Shown here in pieces: positions 48,793 to 59,035 of a stretch of 64,000 bases of DNA. Made by a program: the position numbers and the translations under genes. The stretch's first letter is position 1. Every line of letters begins with the position of its first letter. Origin of the DNA: an uncultured Candidatus Rokubacteria bacterium (GTDB lineage: Bacteria; Methylomirabilota; Methylomirabilia; Rokubacteriales; DASRDR01); assembly GCA_963708025.1 (NCBI GenBank), contig CAVPSB010000037.1, positions 1 through 64,000 on the forward strand. The letters run 5' to 3'. The notes below the pieces were generated by a model. The model did not search any database. It was not told the origin of the DNA and worked only from the letters and a program-made list of their open reading frames with translations.

Positions 48793-49848
48793 ATGGCGCG
48801 GCTGAGAATCGGGATCCTCGGGCTCAGCCACGACCACGTGTGGGACAACCTCGCCACGCTCGCCACGAGCGACCTCGGCCGGGCGGTCGCGGCGGCCGAC
48901 CCCGATCCGCGCCTCCGGGAGCGGCTCGAGGGCCTGCACGCGGGCGTCCAGGTCCACGCGACCTACGAGGCGCTCCTCGAGCGAGCCGACCTCGACGGCG
49001 TCCTGGTGTTCGCCGACAACCGCGCGTCCGCGGAGCTCGGGGTCGCGGCGCTGGGACGGGGGCTCGCGGTGATGCTGGAGAAGCCCATGGCGGCGGACCT
49101 CGCGGGCGCGGAGGCGCTGCTGGCGGCGGCGCGCGCGGCCCGCGCCCCGCTCATGATCAACTGGCCGACGGCGTGGCGCCCGGCCCTGCGTCACGGGCTC
49201 GCGCTCGTCGCGTCCGGGGTCGTGGGGGAGCCGGTCCAGGTCAGCCACCGCGGCGGGCATGCCGGCCCGCGGGAGTTCGGCTGCTCGGCGCAGTTCGTCG
49301 ACTGGCTCTACGACCCCCATCGCAACGGGGGCGGGGCCCTGGTCGACTACTGCGGCTACGGGGCGGTCCTCTGCCGCACCCTCCTCGGCCGGCCGGCCGC
49401 CGTCACCGCCGTCGCCGCGCACCTGCGCAAGGAGGGGCTGGCCGCCGAGGACAACGCCGTCGTCGTCCTCCGGTATCCGCGGGCGCTCGGGCTGCTCGAG
49501 GCCAGCTGGACGCAGATCGGCGCCGAGCCCGCGCTGGCCATGGTCGTGTACGGCGACGCCGGCAGCCTGCTGGTGCACCAGCCAAGGCCCACCCGCGCGG
49601 GACGGGCGGCCGGGCCCGGGAAGGTCCAGCTCGTGACCGGCGACCACGACGAGTGGATCGATCCGCCCGCCCTGCCGGCGGCCGAGCGGGACGGGCCGAC
49701 CTACTTCATGTCCCGGCTCGGGGCCGGGCGGCCGGTCGAAGGGCTGTGCGCGCCGGAGGTGGGGCGGGACGTCCAGGAGGTGCTCGCGGCCGCGCTCCGC
49801 TCCAGCGCGACTGGCCGCGAGGTCACCCTTCCGTTCGCCGGCGACTGA
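48793..49848 (+). CDS. Gfo/Idh/MocA oxidoreductase
   Basis: IGILGLSHDH, VMLEKPMA, MINWPTAW, GHAGPRE, NGGGALVDYCGYG. Confidence 0.92.
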   Translation: MARLRIGILGLSHDHVWDNLATLATSDLGRAVAAADPDPRLRERLEGLHAGVQVHATYEALLERADLDGVLVFADNRASAELGVAALGRGLAVMLEKPMAADLAGAEALLAAARAARAPLMINWPTAWRPALRHGLALVASGVVGEPVQVSHRGGHAGPREFGCSAQFVDWLYDPHRNGGGALVDYCGYGAVLCRTLLGRPAAVTAVAAHLRKEGLAAEDNAVVVLRYPRALGLLEASWTQIGAEPALAMVVYGDAGSLLVHQPRPTRAGRAAGPGKVQLVTGDHDEWIDPPALPAAERDGPTYFMSRLGAGRPVEGLCAPEVGRDVQEVLAAALRSSATGREVTLPFAGD

Positions 49849-49886
49849 CTCACGGTCACACCGAACCCGAGGCAGGAGAGATCGGC

Positions 49887-51269
49887 ATGGCGAAGGACCT
49901 GCGGCACTTCCTGACGACAGTGGAGGAGCGGGCGCCGGAGCTGCTGCTCCGCATCCCCAAGCCGGTGAGCCCGCGGTGGGAGGTCTCGGCCGTCCAGAAG
50001 CGGCTGGAGGCGGCGGAGCGGCTGCCGGTCCTGCTCTTCGAGCAGCTCGACGGCCACGATCTCCGGCTGGTGACCAACCTCTTCGCCACCAAGCGTCACC
50101 TCGCGCTGGCCCTCGACACGGAGCCCGCCCAGGTGGCCGCGCGCTTCGCCGAGGCCCAGGCCCGGCGCATCCCCCCCCGCGCGGTGGACGGCGGCCCGGT
50201 CAAGGAGGTCGTGCTGACCGGCCCGCGCGCCGACCTCCGGAGCCTCCCCATCGTCACCCACTGCGAGAAGGACGCGGGCCCCTACCTGACGGCCGGGGTG
50301 ACGATCCTCCGAGATCCCGCCTCCGGGCAGCTCAACGCCGGCATCTACCGCAATCGAGTCCTCTCGCCGACCCGGGTCACCGTCAACATGGCGCCCCTCT
50401 GTCACGCGGCCGAGGTCACCCGGCAGGCCGAGGCCCGCGGCGAGCACGTCGAGGCGGCGATCGTGCTCGGCCACCACCCGGCGATGGGCATGGCGTCCCA
50501 GCAGCGCGGCACCCTCGGCGAGTTCGAGCTGGAGACGATGGGCGGGCTGCTCGGCGAGCCGGTGGAGGTCGTCCGGGGCGAGACCGTCGACGTGCCGGTG
50601 CCGGCTCACGCCGAGATCGTGATCGAGGGACGGATCCGCACCGACCTCTGGGAGGACGACGGCCCGTTCGGAGACTACTGGCTCTACTACGCGCCGGCCA
50701 AGAAGGCCCGCGTGCTCGAGGTCACCGCGATCACCCGCCGGCACGACGCGATCTTCCACGACGTCTTCAACGTCGGCCCCGAGCACCTGGTCCTCTTCTC
50801 CCTCGGCATGGAGGGCGTGGCCCTCGGCCAGCTCCGGCAGCTCATTCCCCAGATCACGGCCATCAACGTCCCCGTCTCCGGCTCCGGCAACCTGGTCTAC
50901 GTCCAGATCCGGAAGGACATGGAGGGGCTGGGGGTCAACGCGGCCCTGGCCGCCCTCGGCGCCTACCGGTTCAAGTGCGCGATCGTGGTCGACGAGGATG
51001 TGGACATCCAGGACGACCGGAAGGTCATCTGGGCGGTGATGACGCGGACCCAGGCCGACCGCTCGTTCTTCACCGTGCCCGGCTCCTACATCTCGCGCGT
51101 CGATCCCACCGGCTACCCGGCGTGGCACGGCGGCGGCCAGGGGGCCCGTCTCCTCAGCACGCGGCTCGGCGTCGACGCGACGAAGCCGCTCGACCCCTCC
51201 TTTCCGGAGGTCGCCGAGCCGCCCCGCGATCTCTGGACGCGCCTCGACCTCGGCCAGTATCTCGGGTAG
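49887..51269 (+). CDS. UbiD-family (prFMN-dependent) decarboxylase
   Basis: LPIVTHCEKDAGPYLTAG, NAGIYR, VPAHAEIVIEGRI, DGPFGDY, IVVDEDVDI, VIWAVMTR, LGVDATKP; AGGAG SD. Confidence 0.93.
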   Translation: MAKDLRHFLTTVEERAPELLLRIPKPVSPRWEVSAVQKRLEAAERLPVLLFEQLDGHDLRLVTNLFATKRHLALALDTEPAQVAARFAEAQARRIPPRAVDGGPVKEVVLTGPRADLRSLPIVTHCEKDAGPYLTAGVTILRDPASGQLNAGIYRNRVLSPTRVTVNMAPLCHAAEVTRQAEARGEHVEAAIVLGHHPAMGMASQQRGTLGEFELETMGGLLGEPVEVVRGETVDVPVPAHAEIVIEGRIRTDLWEDDGPFGDYWLYYAPAKKARVLEVTAITRRHDAIFHDVFNVGPEHLVLFSLGMEGVALGQLRQLIPQITAINVPVSGSGNLVYVQIRKDMEGLGVNAALAALGAYRFKCAIVVDEDVDIQDDRKVIWAVMTRTQADRSFFTVPGSYISRVDPTGYPAWHGGGQGARLLSTRLGVDATKPLDPSFPEVAEPPRDLWTRLDLGQYLG

Positions 51270-51330
51270 GTCCATCGATCGGGGAGTGGCCAGACCCGGC
51301 GAAGCCCGAGGGCGCCTTCCTGGAACCAGG

Positions 51331-52686
51331 CTACCTGGGGGAGCGGCCGGCCAGGCGGGACGCGAGCGGATTGGCCGCGGGGTGTAGCACGTCGATCGCC
51401 CAGCCCAGGTCGAGGCGCTCGCCCAGCCAGCTCGGGCACCCCGTCCGCGCGCCGATCGCCAGGCCGCGCGCTCGATTCGCCGTGACCAGCGCCCAGATCG
51501 GGTCGGCCGGCACCCCCGGCGGCGCCGGGACTTCGGGGATCGGTCGGCCGCCCGGCGTGCGGAAATGGAGCGTCCCGTCGGCGTCCCGCTCGACCTGGTA
51601 GCCCTCCTCGTGGACGGCCCCGTGGTGACGGCGACACAGAAGGGCAAGATTGTCCAGCCGCGTCGGGCCGCCGTTGGCCCAGTGGTGGAGGTGGTGCCCC
51701 TGGGCGTGGCGCACCCCGCAGCCCGGGAAGCGGCAGCCGTGGTCCCGCGCCTGGAGCGCTCGGCGTAGCGCCGGCGGGATTGCTCTGGTCCGCCGCCCGA
51801 CGTCGAGCACCGAGCCGTCGCCCGCGTGGTGCATCACGACCCGGGTCGCGTCACACGCCAGCCGCCGGGACGTTTCCGCGGGAACGCGCACGCCGTCCTC
51901 GAGCGCCGACTGGCCCGGCTGATTGGGGTCGGCCAGCACCGGCGCATCGACGTGGACCACGACCTGGTACCGCTCGCTCCCCGCGCCGGGATCGAGCCCG
52001 TGCGCGAGGGCCGTCTCTGCCACCAGCGCCAGGGCATCCGCCCGCTGCTGGCCCTGCGTCGGCCGGTCCCCGTCGGCCCCCGCCTCGGGCGTGGCCCGGG
52101 CCCGCGCGTACAGCGCCTCCCGCGCCGCCTCCAGCGCCCGCACCAGCACCGCCCCCACCTCCGGCTCCAGCCGCCCCCGCACCACCAGCATCCCGTCCTC
52201 GTCCGGGTACACCTGGAGCGACCGGCCCCGGTGACGCGCTTCTGCCTCCCGCCCCTCCACCTGCCGGTCCACCCGCCGCCACGCCCGCACGATCCGCTCC
52301 ACGTGGGAGGCCGTCCCCGCCCGCCCCACCGCCAGCAGCCGCGCCTCCGTCTCCGGCGTCGCGACCCGCGTGATCGCGCGAACCTTCGAGTAGGACAGCT
52401 CCCCTCGCTCCAGGGCCGTGGCCAACTGAGGCAGCGCCCCCAGCGCCCGCGCCACCCGCACGCGCTCCCGGGCCGCCCCCAGATCCAGTCCGACGCGCCA
52501 GCTCAACCACTCGGCGCAGGAGCGGGCGCCGTTCGCCCAGCCGCCCCGCGCATCGAACTCGCGGATCAGATCCAGCAGCCGGGCGGTGGCGGCGTCGAGG
52601 TGGGCCGAGAGCGTGGCGATCTCGTCGCCGAGCCGGTCGAGATCGGCCGCGGGGGTGGCGGGCGCGAGCGTCGGCGCGAGCTGCAT
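51331..52686 (-). CDS. DUF222 domain + HNH endonuclease protein
   Basis: SCAEWLSWRVG, LSYSKVRAITR, QQRADAL, RRLACDA, LDVGRRTR, RDHGCRFPGC...HHLHHWANGGPTRLDNLALLCRRHH. Confidence 0.93.
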   Translation of the reverse strand: MQLAPTLAPATPAADLDRLGDEIATLSAHLDAATARLLDLIREFDARGGWANGARSCAEWLSWRVGLDLGAARERVRVARALGALPQLATALERGELSYSKVRAITRVATPETEARLLAVGRAGTASHVERIVRAWRRVDRQVEGREAEARHRGRSLQVYPDEDGMLVVRGRLEPEVGAVLVRALEAAREALYARARATPEAGADGDRPTQGQQRADALALVAETALAHGLDPGAGSERYQVVVHVDAPVLADPNQPGQSALEDGVRVPAETSRRLACDATRVVMHHAGDGSVLDVGRRTRAIPPALRRALQARDHGCRFPGCGVRHAQGHHLHHWANGGPTRLDNLALLCRRHHGAVHEEGYQVERDADGTLHFRTPGGRPIPEVPAPPGVPADPIWALVTANRARGLAIGARTGCPSWLGERLDLGWAIDVLHPAANPLASRLAGRSPR

Positions 52687-53036
52687 GGCGAGCCTCCTCG
52701 CTCGCACCCTACCACGCGATTTTCGACCGCCCTGGGAGGCTGCCTGGCCGCGGTCTATTGGACGGGAATGATTTTCGCCTCGACATGGCCGGCGCGCGGG
52801 GCGGCGGGCCGGGGCAGCCCGCTGGGCGCCATTGAAGGTGCTGGCCGCGACTGCCGCCAGCGCCCGGTCAGAAACCGTGTCAAGCAGAAAGTGCGGCACC
52901 TGATGGGCGCGAAGGGTTCCGCTCGTGGAAGTGGTACGGCGCCCGATCCGGGCCTGGATCAGCTCCCCACCGCTCGCTTGCGCGCGTCCTGACCTCCTCT
53001 GGCGCCGTGTGGCCGGATGGCCTATTCTGTCCGGCG

Positions 53037-54360
53037 ATGACGACACGCCACGCCCGGCAGGCTCTCCTGGACCGCTACGTGCGCATCCCCACCGTGAGCC
53101 GGCGCGTGACGCCGGAGATGGTCGAGCAGATCCGCGCCTTCTGGGGAGAGCAGGGACTGGCCCTCGAGCCGCTCTCGCCCCCCGACGGGAAAGGCACCCC
53201 CGCGCTGTGGGGCGAGATCCCGGGTCCGGCCGGCGCGCCGACGGTCCTGCTGTACGGTCACTACGACGTCCAGCCGACCGGCGAGCTCTCGCGGTGGGTA
53301 TGGAACGACGTCGCCTGCGACCCGTTCGTCCCCACCTACTTCCACGCGGACCGCCGCGTCGATCCGGCGAGCCTCGACGAGGCCGCGCTCGACGCCGTCA
53401 CGATGGTGGCGCGCGGCGGCGCCGACAACAAGGGCCAGCACGTCGCCAACGTGCTCGGCGCCCTCGACGCCGCGCGGGCGGGCACGCTCCGCTGGCGCGT
53501 GCGGATCATCCTCGACGGCGAGGAGGAGCACGGGAGCCCCAACCTCGGCGCGATCGCCGGCGCCCACCGCGATCGCCTCGCCGCCGACGTCATCGATCTG
53601 CTCGGACGGGCCCAAGCAGAAGAACCGGCCCACCCTGGTGATGGGCGTGCGCGGGATGCTCGAGGTGCACCTCACGGTCGAGAACGGCCAGCGGACGGCC
53701 GTCCACTCCGGCAACTACGGCAACATCGTGGCGAACCCGGTGCTCCCGCTGGCGCGGCTCATCGAGGACCTCCAGGTGCGCGCGACCGACCTCGCCCGCG
53801 AGAACGGGGCGTTCCGGGAGGAGGCCGAGGTGGCGTTCGGGCAGTGGGAGCGCGAGGCGGTCTGGAAGCCGTTCCTCTGGCCCTACGTCAACGCCAACCA
53901 CTTCGCGAGCGACGGCACCTCGCTCGAGCAGCGGCGCACGGTCATCCCGCGCGCCGCCCACGCCCGGGTGGACATCCGGCTCACGCCCGACACCTCGCCC
54001 GAGGCGATGGCCGCGCTCGTCCACCGCGCGGTGGCCGACCACGCGAAGGCCGCCGAGGGCGTCACCTTCGACGTCCGGACCCACGGCCAGCCCGCCAGCT
54101 ACACCTCGCCGGCGCGGCCCGAGTTCGCCTGGCTGCTGCGCCTGCTCGGCGAGCAGGGCGACGGCCCGCCGGTCGCGCTCCCCATCCTGGGCGGCACCCT
54201 GCCGACCTGGGTCTTCACCCAGCTCCTCGGCATGCCGGGCTTCGTCATCCCCTCGGCCAACAGCGACAACCAGCAGCACGACGTCAACGAGCACTACGTG
54301 CTGCGCCACTTCTTCGCGCAGACGAGGCTGTACAACCAGATCGTGTCCTCGCGGCCGTAG
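53037..54360 (+). CDS. M20/M25/M40 metallopeptidase/dipeptidase (frameshift near 53597)
   Basis: VLLYGHYDVQP, ARGGADNKGQ, DGEEEHGSP, HSGNYGN, LGGTLP, DNQQHDVNE. Confidence 0.9.
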
Positions 54361-54390
54361 GTCTGGCGCCGGGCCGCTGGAGGCTCGGGG

Positions 54391-57300
54391 ATGCAGTGCC
54401 CCAAGTGCCGGCGGGAGAATCCTCCGCAGTCGCTCTTCTGCCTCGAGTGCGGGAGCCGACTGGGCCTCGCCTGCGGCTCCTGTGGCTCCGACCTGCCCGC
54501 CGGCGCCCGGTTCTGCAATCGGTGCGGCAGCCCCGTCGCCGCCGGGCCGGCTCCATCCCGATTCGCCTCCCCGGAGGCGTACACGCCGCGGCACCTCGCC
54601 GAGAAGATCCTCTCCACGAAGGGCGCGCTCGAAGGGGAGCGCAAGCAGGTCACGGTCCTCTTCGCCGACCTCAAGGGGTCGATGGAGCTGCTGGCCGACC
54701 GCGACCCCGAGGAGGCGCGGAAGCTGCTCGATCCGGTCCTCGATCGCATGATGGACGCCGTCCATCGCTACGAGGGGACCGTGAACCAGGTGATGGGCGA
54801 CGGGATCATGGCGCTGTTCGGCGCGCCGGTGGCCCACGAGGACCACGCGGTCCGCGCCTGCTACGCGGCCCTCGACATGCAGGCGACCATCCGCCGCTAC
54901 GCCGACGAGGTACGCAGATCACAGGGCGTCCGGGTGGAGGCGCGGGTCGGGCTGAATTCCGGCGAGGTCGTGGTGCGGGCGATCGGGGGCGACCTCCGGA
55001 CCGACTACACGGCGGTGGGCCAGACGACGCACCTGGCGGCCCGGATGGAGCAGCTCGCCAGCCCCGGCACCACGCTGCTGACGGCGGACACGCTGCGGCT
55101 GGCGGAGGGGTACGTCGAGGTGCGGCCGCTGGGGCCGGTGCCGGTGAAGGGCCTGGATGGCCCCGTGGAGCTCTACGAGCTGACCGGGGCCGGCCCCCGG
55201 CGCTCCCGGCTCCACGCGGCCGCCGCGCGGGGGCTCACGCGGTTCGTCGGCCGGGACGCCGAGCTGGAGCAGCTCCGCGAGGCCCTGGCCCGCGTCGCGA
55301 CCGGCCACGGGCAGGTCGTGGCTCTGGTCGGGGAGCCCGGCGTCGGCAAGTCGCGCCTCGTGTGGGAGGTGACCCATTCTCACCGCACCCACGGCTGGCT
55401 GATCCTCGAGGCCGGCTCCGTCTCGTACGGCAAGGCCACGCCGTACCTGCCGGTGGTCAGCCTCCTCCGGGGCTACCTCCAGGTCGGCGACCGGGACGAG
55501 CCCCGCGCCATCCGGGAGAAGGTCACGGGCAAGCTCCTCGCGCTCGACCGCGCCCTCGAGCCGGCGCTGCCGGCCTTCCTCGCGCTCCTCGACGTGCCGG
55601 TGGAGGACCGCCGGTGGGAGGTCCTGGACCCGCCCCAGCGCCGGCAGCGCACGCTCGACGCCCTGAAGCGGCTCCTCCTGCGGGAGAGCCAGGTCCAGCC
55701 GCTCCTGGTCGTGTTCGAGGACCTCCACTGGATCGACGCCGAGACGCAGGCGGTGCTCGACCGCCTGGTCGAGAGCCTGCCGACGGCCCGGCTCCTGCTC
55801 CTCGTCAACTACCGCCCGGAGTACCGGCACGACTGGGGCGGGAAGACCTACTACCGCCAGCTCCGGCTGGACCCGCTCGCACCGGAGAATGCGACCGCGC
55901 TGCTGGAGACCCTGCTCGGGGGCGACGCCGGCCTCGAGCCCCTGAAGCGGCTCCTCCTCGCGCGGACCGAGGGCAACCCGCTCTTCCTCGAGGAGAGCGT
56001 GCGGAGTCTCGCGGACGACGGGGTGCTCGCGGGCGAGCGCGGCGCGTATCGGCTCGGGAAGGCACCGGAGACCATCCACGTGCCGGCGACGGTGCAGGCG
56101 ATCCTGGCGGCGCGCATCGACCGGCTGCCGGCCGGAGGACAAGGACCTCCTCCAGACGGCCTCGGTCGTCGGCACCGACGTCCCGGTGGCCGTCCTCGCG
56201 GCCGTGACCGGAACGTCGGCGGACGCGCTCGGCCGAGGGCCTCGCCCGGCTCCAGGCCGCCGAGTTCCTCTACGAGACGAGCCTGTTCCCCGACGTCGAG
56301 TACACCTTCAAGCACGCGCTCACCCACGAGGTGGCCTACGGAAGCCTCCTCCAGGATCGTCGGCGCGCGCTCCACGCCCGGGCCGTCGCGGCCATCGAGG
56401 GCGCTCTACCCCGAGCGGCTCGCGGAGCACGTCGAGCGCCTGGCCCACCACGCGCTCCGCGGCGAGGCGTGGGAGAAGGCGGTGGCCTACCTCCATCAGG
56501 CCGGGGGGAAGGCGACGGAGCGCTCGGCCCACCGGGAGGCGGCCGCCTGCTTCGAGCAGGCGCTCGAGGCGCTCGAGCATCTCCCGCCGCAGACGGAGTG
56601 GCGGGAGCGGGCGATCGACCTCCATTTCGACGCCAGCAACGACCTGGTGATGTTGGGGGAGCGGGCGAAGAGCATCGATCACGCCCGACGGGCCGAGGCT
56701 CTCGCGGGGTCGCTGGGCGACGAGCGCCGGCTGGGGCGGGCCCTCGTGCTCCTCGCGCGCGGAAGCCAGAACTGGGGTGACCCGGATCGCGGGCTCGCGC
56801 TGGCCCGGCGGGCTCTGGCCATCGCCATCGGCCTCGGTGACGTCTCGCTCCAGGCATCGGTGAACTACCAGCTCGGCGCGATCGGGCACAGCACGGGGGA
56901 CTCTCGACAGAGCGCGGAGACTCTCGGCCGGCTGGTCGAGACTCTGCAGGGCGATCGGCGTTACGAGCGGTGCCATGGCCGGTCGTCATTTCGCGAGGAC
57001 GGCTCGCCTGGTGCCTCGCCGAGCTGGGCGAGTTCGCGGAAGCGACGGCGCACGCCGAGGAGGCCGTCCGGATCGCGAGCGAGGCCGATCATCTCGGCAG
57101 CCTCGTCTTCTCGTACCGAGGCCTGGGCTTCGTCTTCCTCCGCCGGGGCGCGATCCCCCAGGCCATTCCGCCGCTCGAGCGTGCCGTGGAGCTGTGCCGG
57201 GTCGCCGTGCGGGTCTCTCTTCGACATCACGGCCGCGCATCTCGGTTACGCGTATGCGCTGTCGGGCCGCCTCCCGGAGGGCGTGGCCCTCATGGAGGAG

Positions 57301-57739
57301 GCGCTCGCCGACCCCGAGTCGACGGGCACCGCCCTCCATCCGCTCCTCCTGGCCTACCTCGGGGAGGCGCACCTCCTGGCCGGCCGCCCGGACGACGCGC
57401 TCGCCGTCGCCCGGCGCGCCCTCGACCTCGCCCACCGGCAGAAGGAGCGCGGCAGCGAGGCCTGGGTCCTTCGTCTCCTGGCCGAGATCGCCGCCCGCCA
57501 CGATCCGCCGGACGCCGAGGCTGCCGAGCGCTACTACCGCGAGGCCCTGGCCCGGGTCGAGGAGCTCGGGATGCGCCCCCTGGCGGCCCACTGCCACCTG
57601 GGCCTGGGCCAGCTCTACTCCCGAGCCGGGGACCGCGCGAAGGCGCGCGAGCACCTGACCACGGCGGCCGACGATGTACCGTGGGATGGACATGCAGTCC
57701 TGGCTGGCGCGAGCCGAGGCCGAGGGCGCGATGCTATAG
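54391..57739 (+). CDS. Double zinc ribbon - class III adenylate/guanylate cyclase - AAA_16 - TPR protein (about six indels after 56130)
   Basis: Four CxxC; ERKQVTVLFADLKGS, MGDGIMALFGAP, GEPGVGKSRL, VFEDLHW, TEGNPLFLEE, YTFKHALT; true C-terminus MYRGMDMQSWLARAEAEGAML* at 57739. Confidence 0.9.
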
Positions 57740-57762
57740 TGTCGGGGCCAAGGAGGCCAACC

Positions 57763-58965
57763 ATGGGTGCCAACAAGCGCTACGCGGGTTACCGATCCTA
57801 CCAGTACCTCGAGGAGAACGCCGACTACCGGGGGTTCCACCTGACCAAGGAGATCGGGCGGGTGCCGTCCCGGCAGGTGGACGTGACGCCGGCCGAGGAG
57901 GCGCGCGTCCAGGACCTGATGGCCCGGAACGTCGTCGTCTCCATGCACGACCACCCGGTCGTGTCGCCCGAGGACATCTCGCTGATCTTCGAGCAGAAGC
58001 GGCGGGGCCGCGACTTCACCGGGTTCGAGGGGCTGGCCGCCTCCGGCCTGGACTGCGTCTTCGACAACCTGATGGACGGCATCTGCACGATCACCGGGCC
58101 GGCCGGCTGGAAGTGGAACGACATCCTGTTCGACCTGGGCATGCGGCTCAGCGACCTGGCCCACCAGGAGTTCGTGGTCGTGTGCGACGGCGTGCGCGAC
58201 ATCGTGAAGGCGCACGCGGAGGGCCGGATCGCGCTGGTCCCCACGCTGGAGGCGGCCACCCCCATCGAGAACGAGGTGGACCGGGTGGACGTGCTCTACG
58301 GCTTCGGCGTCCGCAGCATGGGCATCGTCTACAGCGAGGCCAACGCCCTCGGCTGCGGGCTCCGCGAGTCGTTCGACGGGGGGCTCACCGACCTCGGCCG
58401 GGCGGTGGTGCGCCGCATGAACAAGCTCGGCATGCAGATCGACGCCGCCCACGTCGGCGACCGGTCGACCCTCGACATCATCGAGGCCAGCGAGCACCCG
58501 ATCGTCATCTCCCACGCCGGCTGCCGGTCGCTCTGGAACACCCGCCGCATGAAGCCGGACAACGTGCTGGAGGCGATGGCGAAGAAGGGTGGCGTCCTGG
58601 GGATCGAGGCGGCGCCCCACACCACGCTCACCGAGCGCCACCGGCTCCACAGCATCGAGTCCTACATGGAGCACTTCGAGCACGCCGTGAAGCTCATCGG
58701 CATCGATCACGTCGGGTTCGGGCCGGACACGCTCTTCGGCGACCACGTGGGGCTCCACCACGCCTTCGCCACCCAGCTCTCGATCGGCAAGGCCCACGCC
58801 GGCGTGAAGTTCCAGGAGGTGCCGTACGTGGACGGGCTCGAGAACCCGGCCGACTATCCCAACATCGTGCGCTGGCTCGTCAAGCACGGCTACAAGGACG
58901 AGGACATCGTCAAGGCGATCGGGGGGAACGCGCTCCGGGTCATGAAGCAGGTCTGGATTCGCTAG
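57763..58965 (+). CDS. Membrane dipeptidase (peptidase M19) family
   Basis: Own AAGGAGG SD and upstream TGcTATAGT; SMHDHP, GLTDLGRAVVRRMNKLGM, ISHAG, IDHVGFGPD, GGNALRV. Confidence 0.92.
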   Translation: MGANKRYAGYRSYQYLEENADYRGFHLTKEIGRVPSRQVDVTPAEEARVQDLMARNVVVSMHDHPVVSPEDISLIFEQKRRGRDFTGFEGLAASGLDCVFDNLMDGICTITGPAGWKWNDILFDLGMRLSDLAHQEFVVVCDGVRDIVKAHAEGRIALVPTLEAATPIENEVDRVDVLYGFGVRSMGIVYSEANALGCGLRESFDGGLTDLGRAVVRRMNKLGMQIDAAHVGDRSTLDIIEASEHPIVISHAGCRSLWNTRRMKPDNVLEAMAKKGGVLGIEAAPHTTLTERHRLHSIESYMEHFEHAVKLIGIDHVGFGPDTLFGDHVGLHHAFATQLSIGKAHAGVKFQEVPYVDGLENPADYPNIVRWLVKHGYKDEDIVKAIGGNALRVMKQVWIR

Positions 58966-58978
58966 CGGGAACGGCGAT

Positions 58979-59017
58979 CCCCCTCACCCTGGCCCTCTCC
59001 CCCCGAGGGGGAGAGGG
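58979..59017. repeat. REP-like hairpin CCCTCACCCTGG-CCCTCTCCCCC-cga-GGGGGAGAGGG between convergent genes
   Basis: Perfect 11-bp stem 58993..59003/59007..59017; a related degenerate hairpin lies near 32665..32692. Confidence 0.7.
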
Positions 59018-59035
59018 AAAAGGGAATGCATCCGA

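Noticed and set aside
47979-51269. 1096-aa ORF as a giant UbiD
   Set aside because: The first ~636 codons are off-frame shadow of the permease and Gfo genes; UbiD starts at 49887 after an SD.
54391-58965. 1524-aa ORF suggesting a cyclase-TPR-dipeptidase fusion
   Set aside because: Frameshift artefact: the cyclase's real C-terminus ends at TAG 57739 in another frame, and the dipeptidase has its own -10, SD and ATG (57763).
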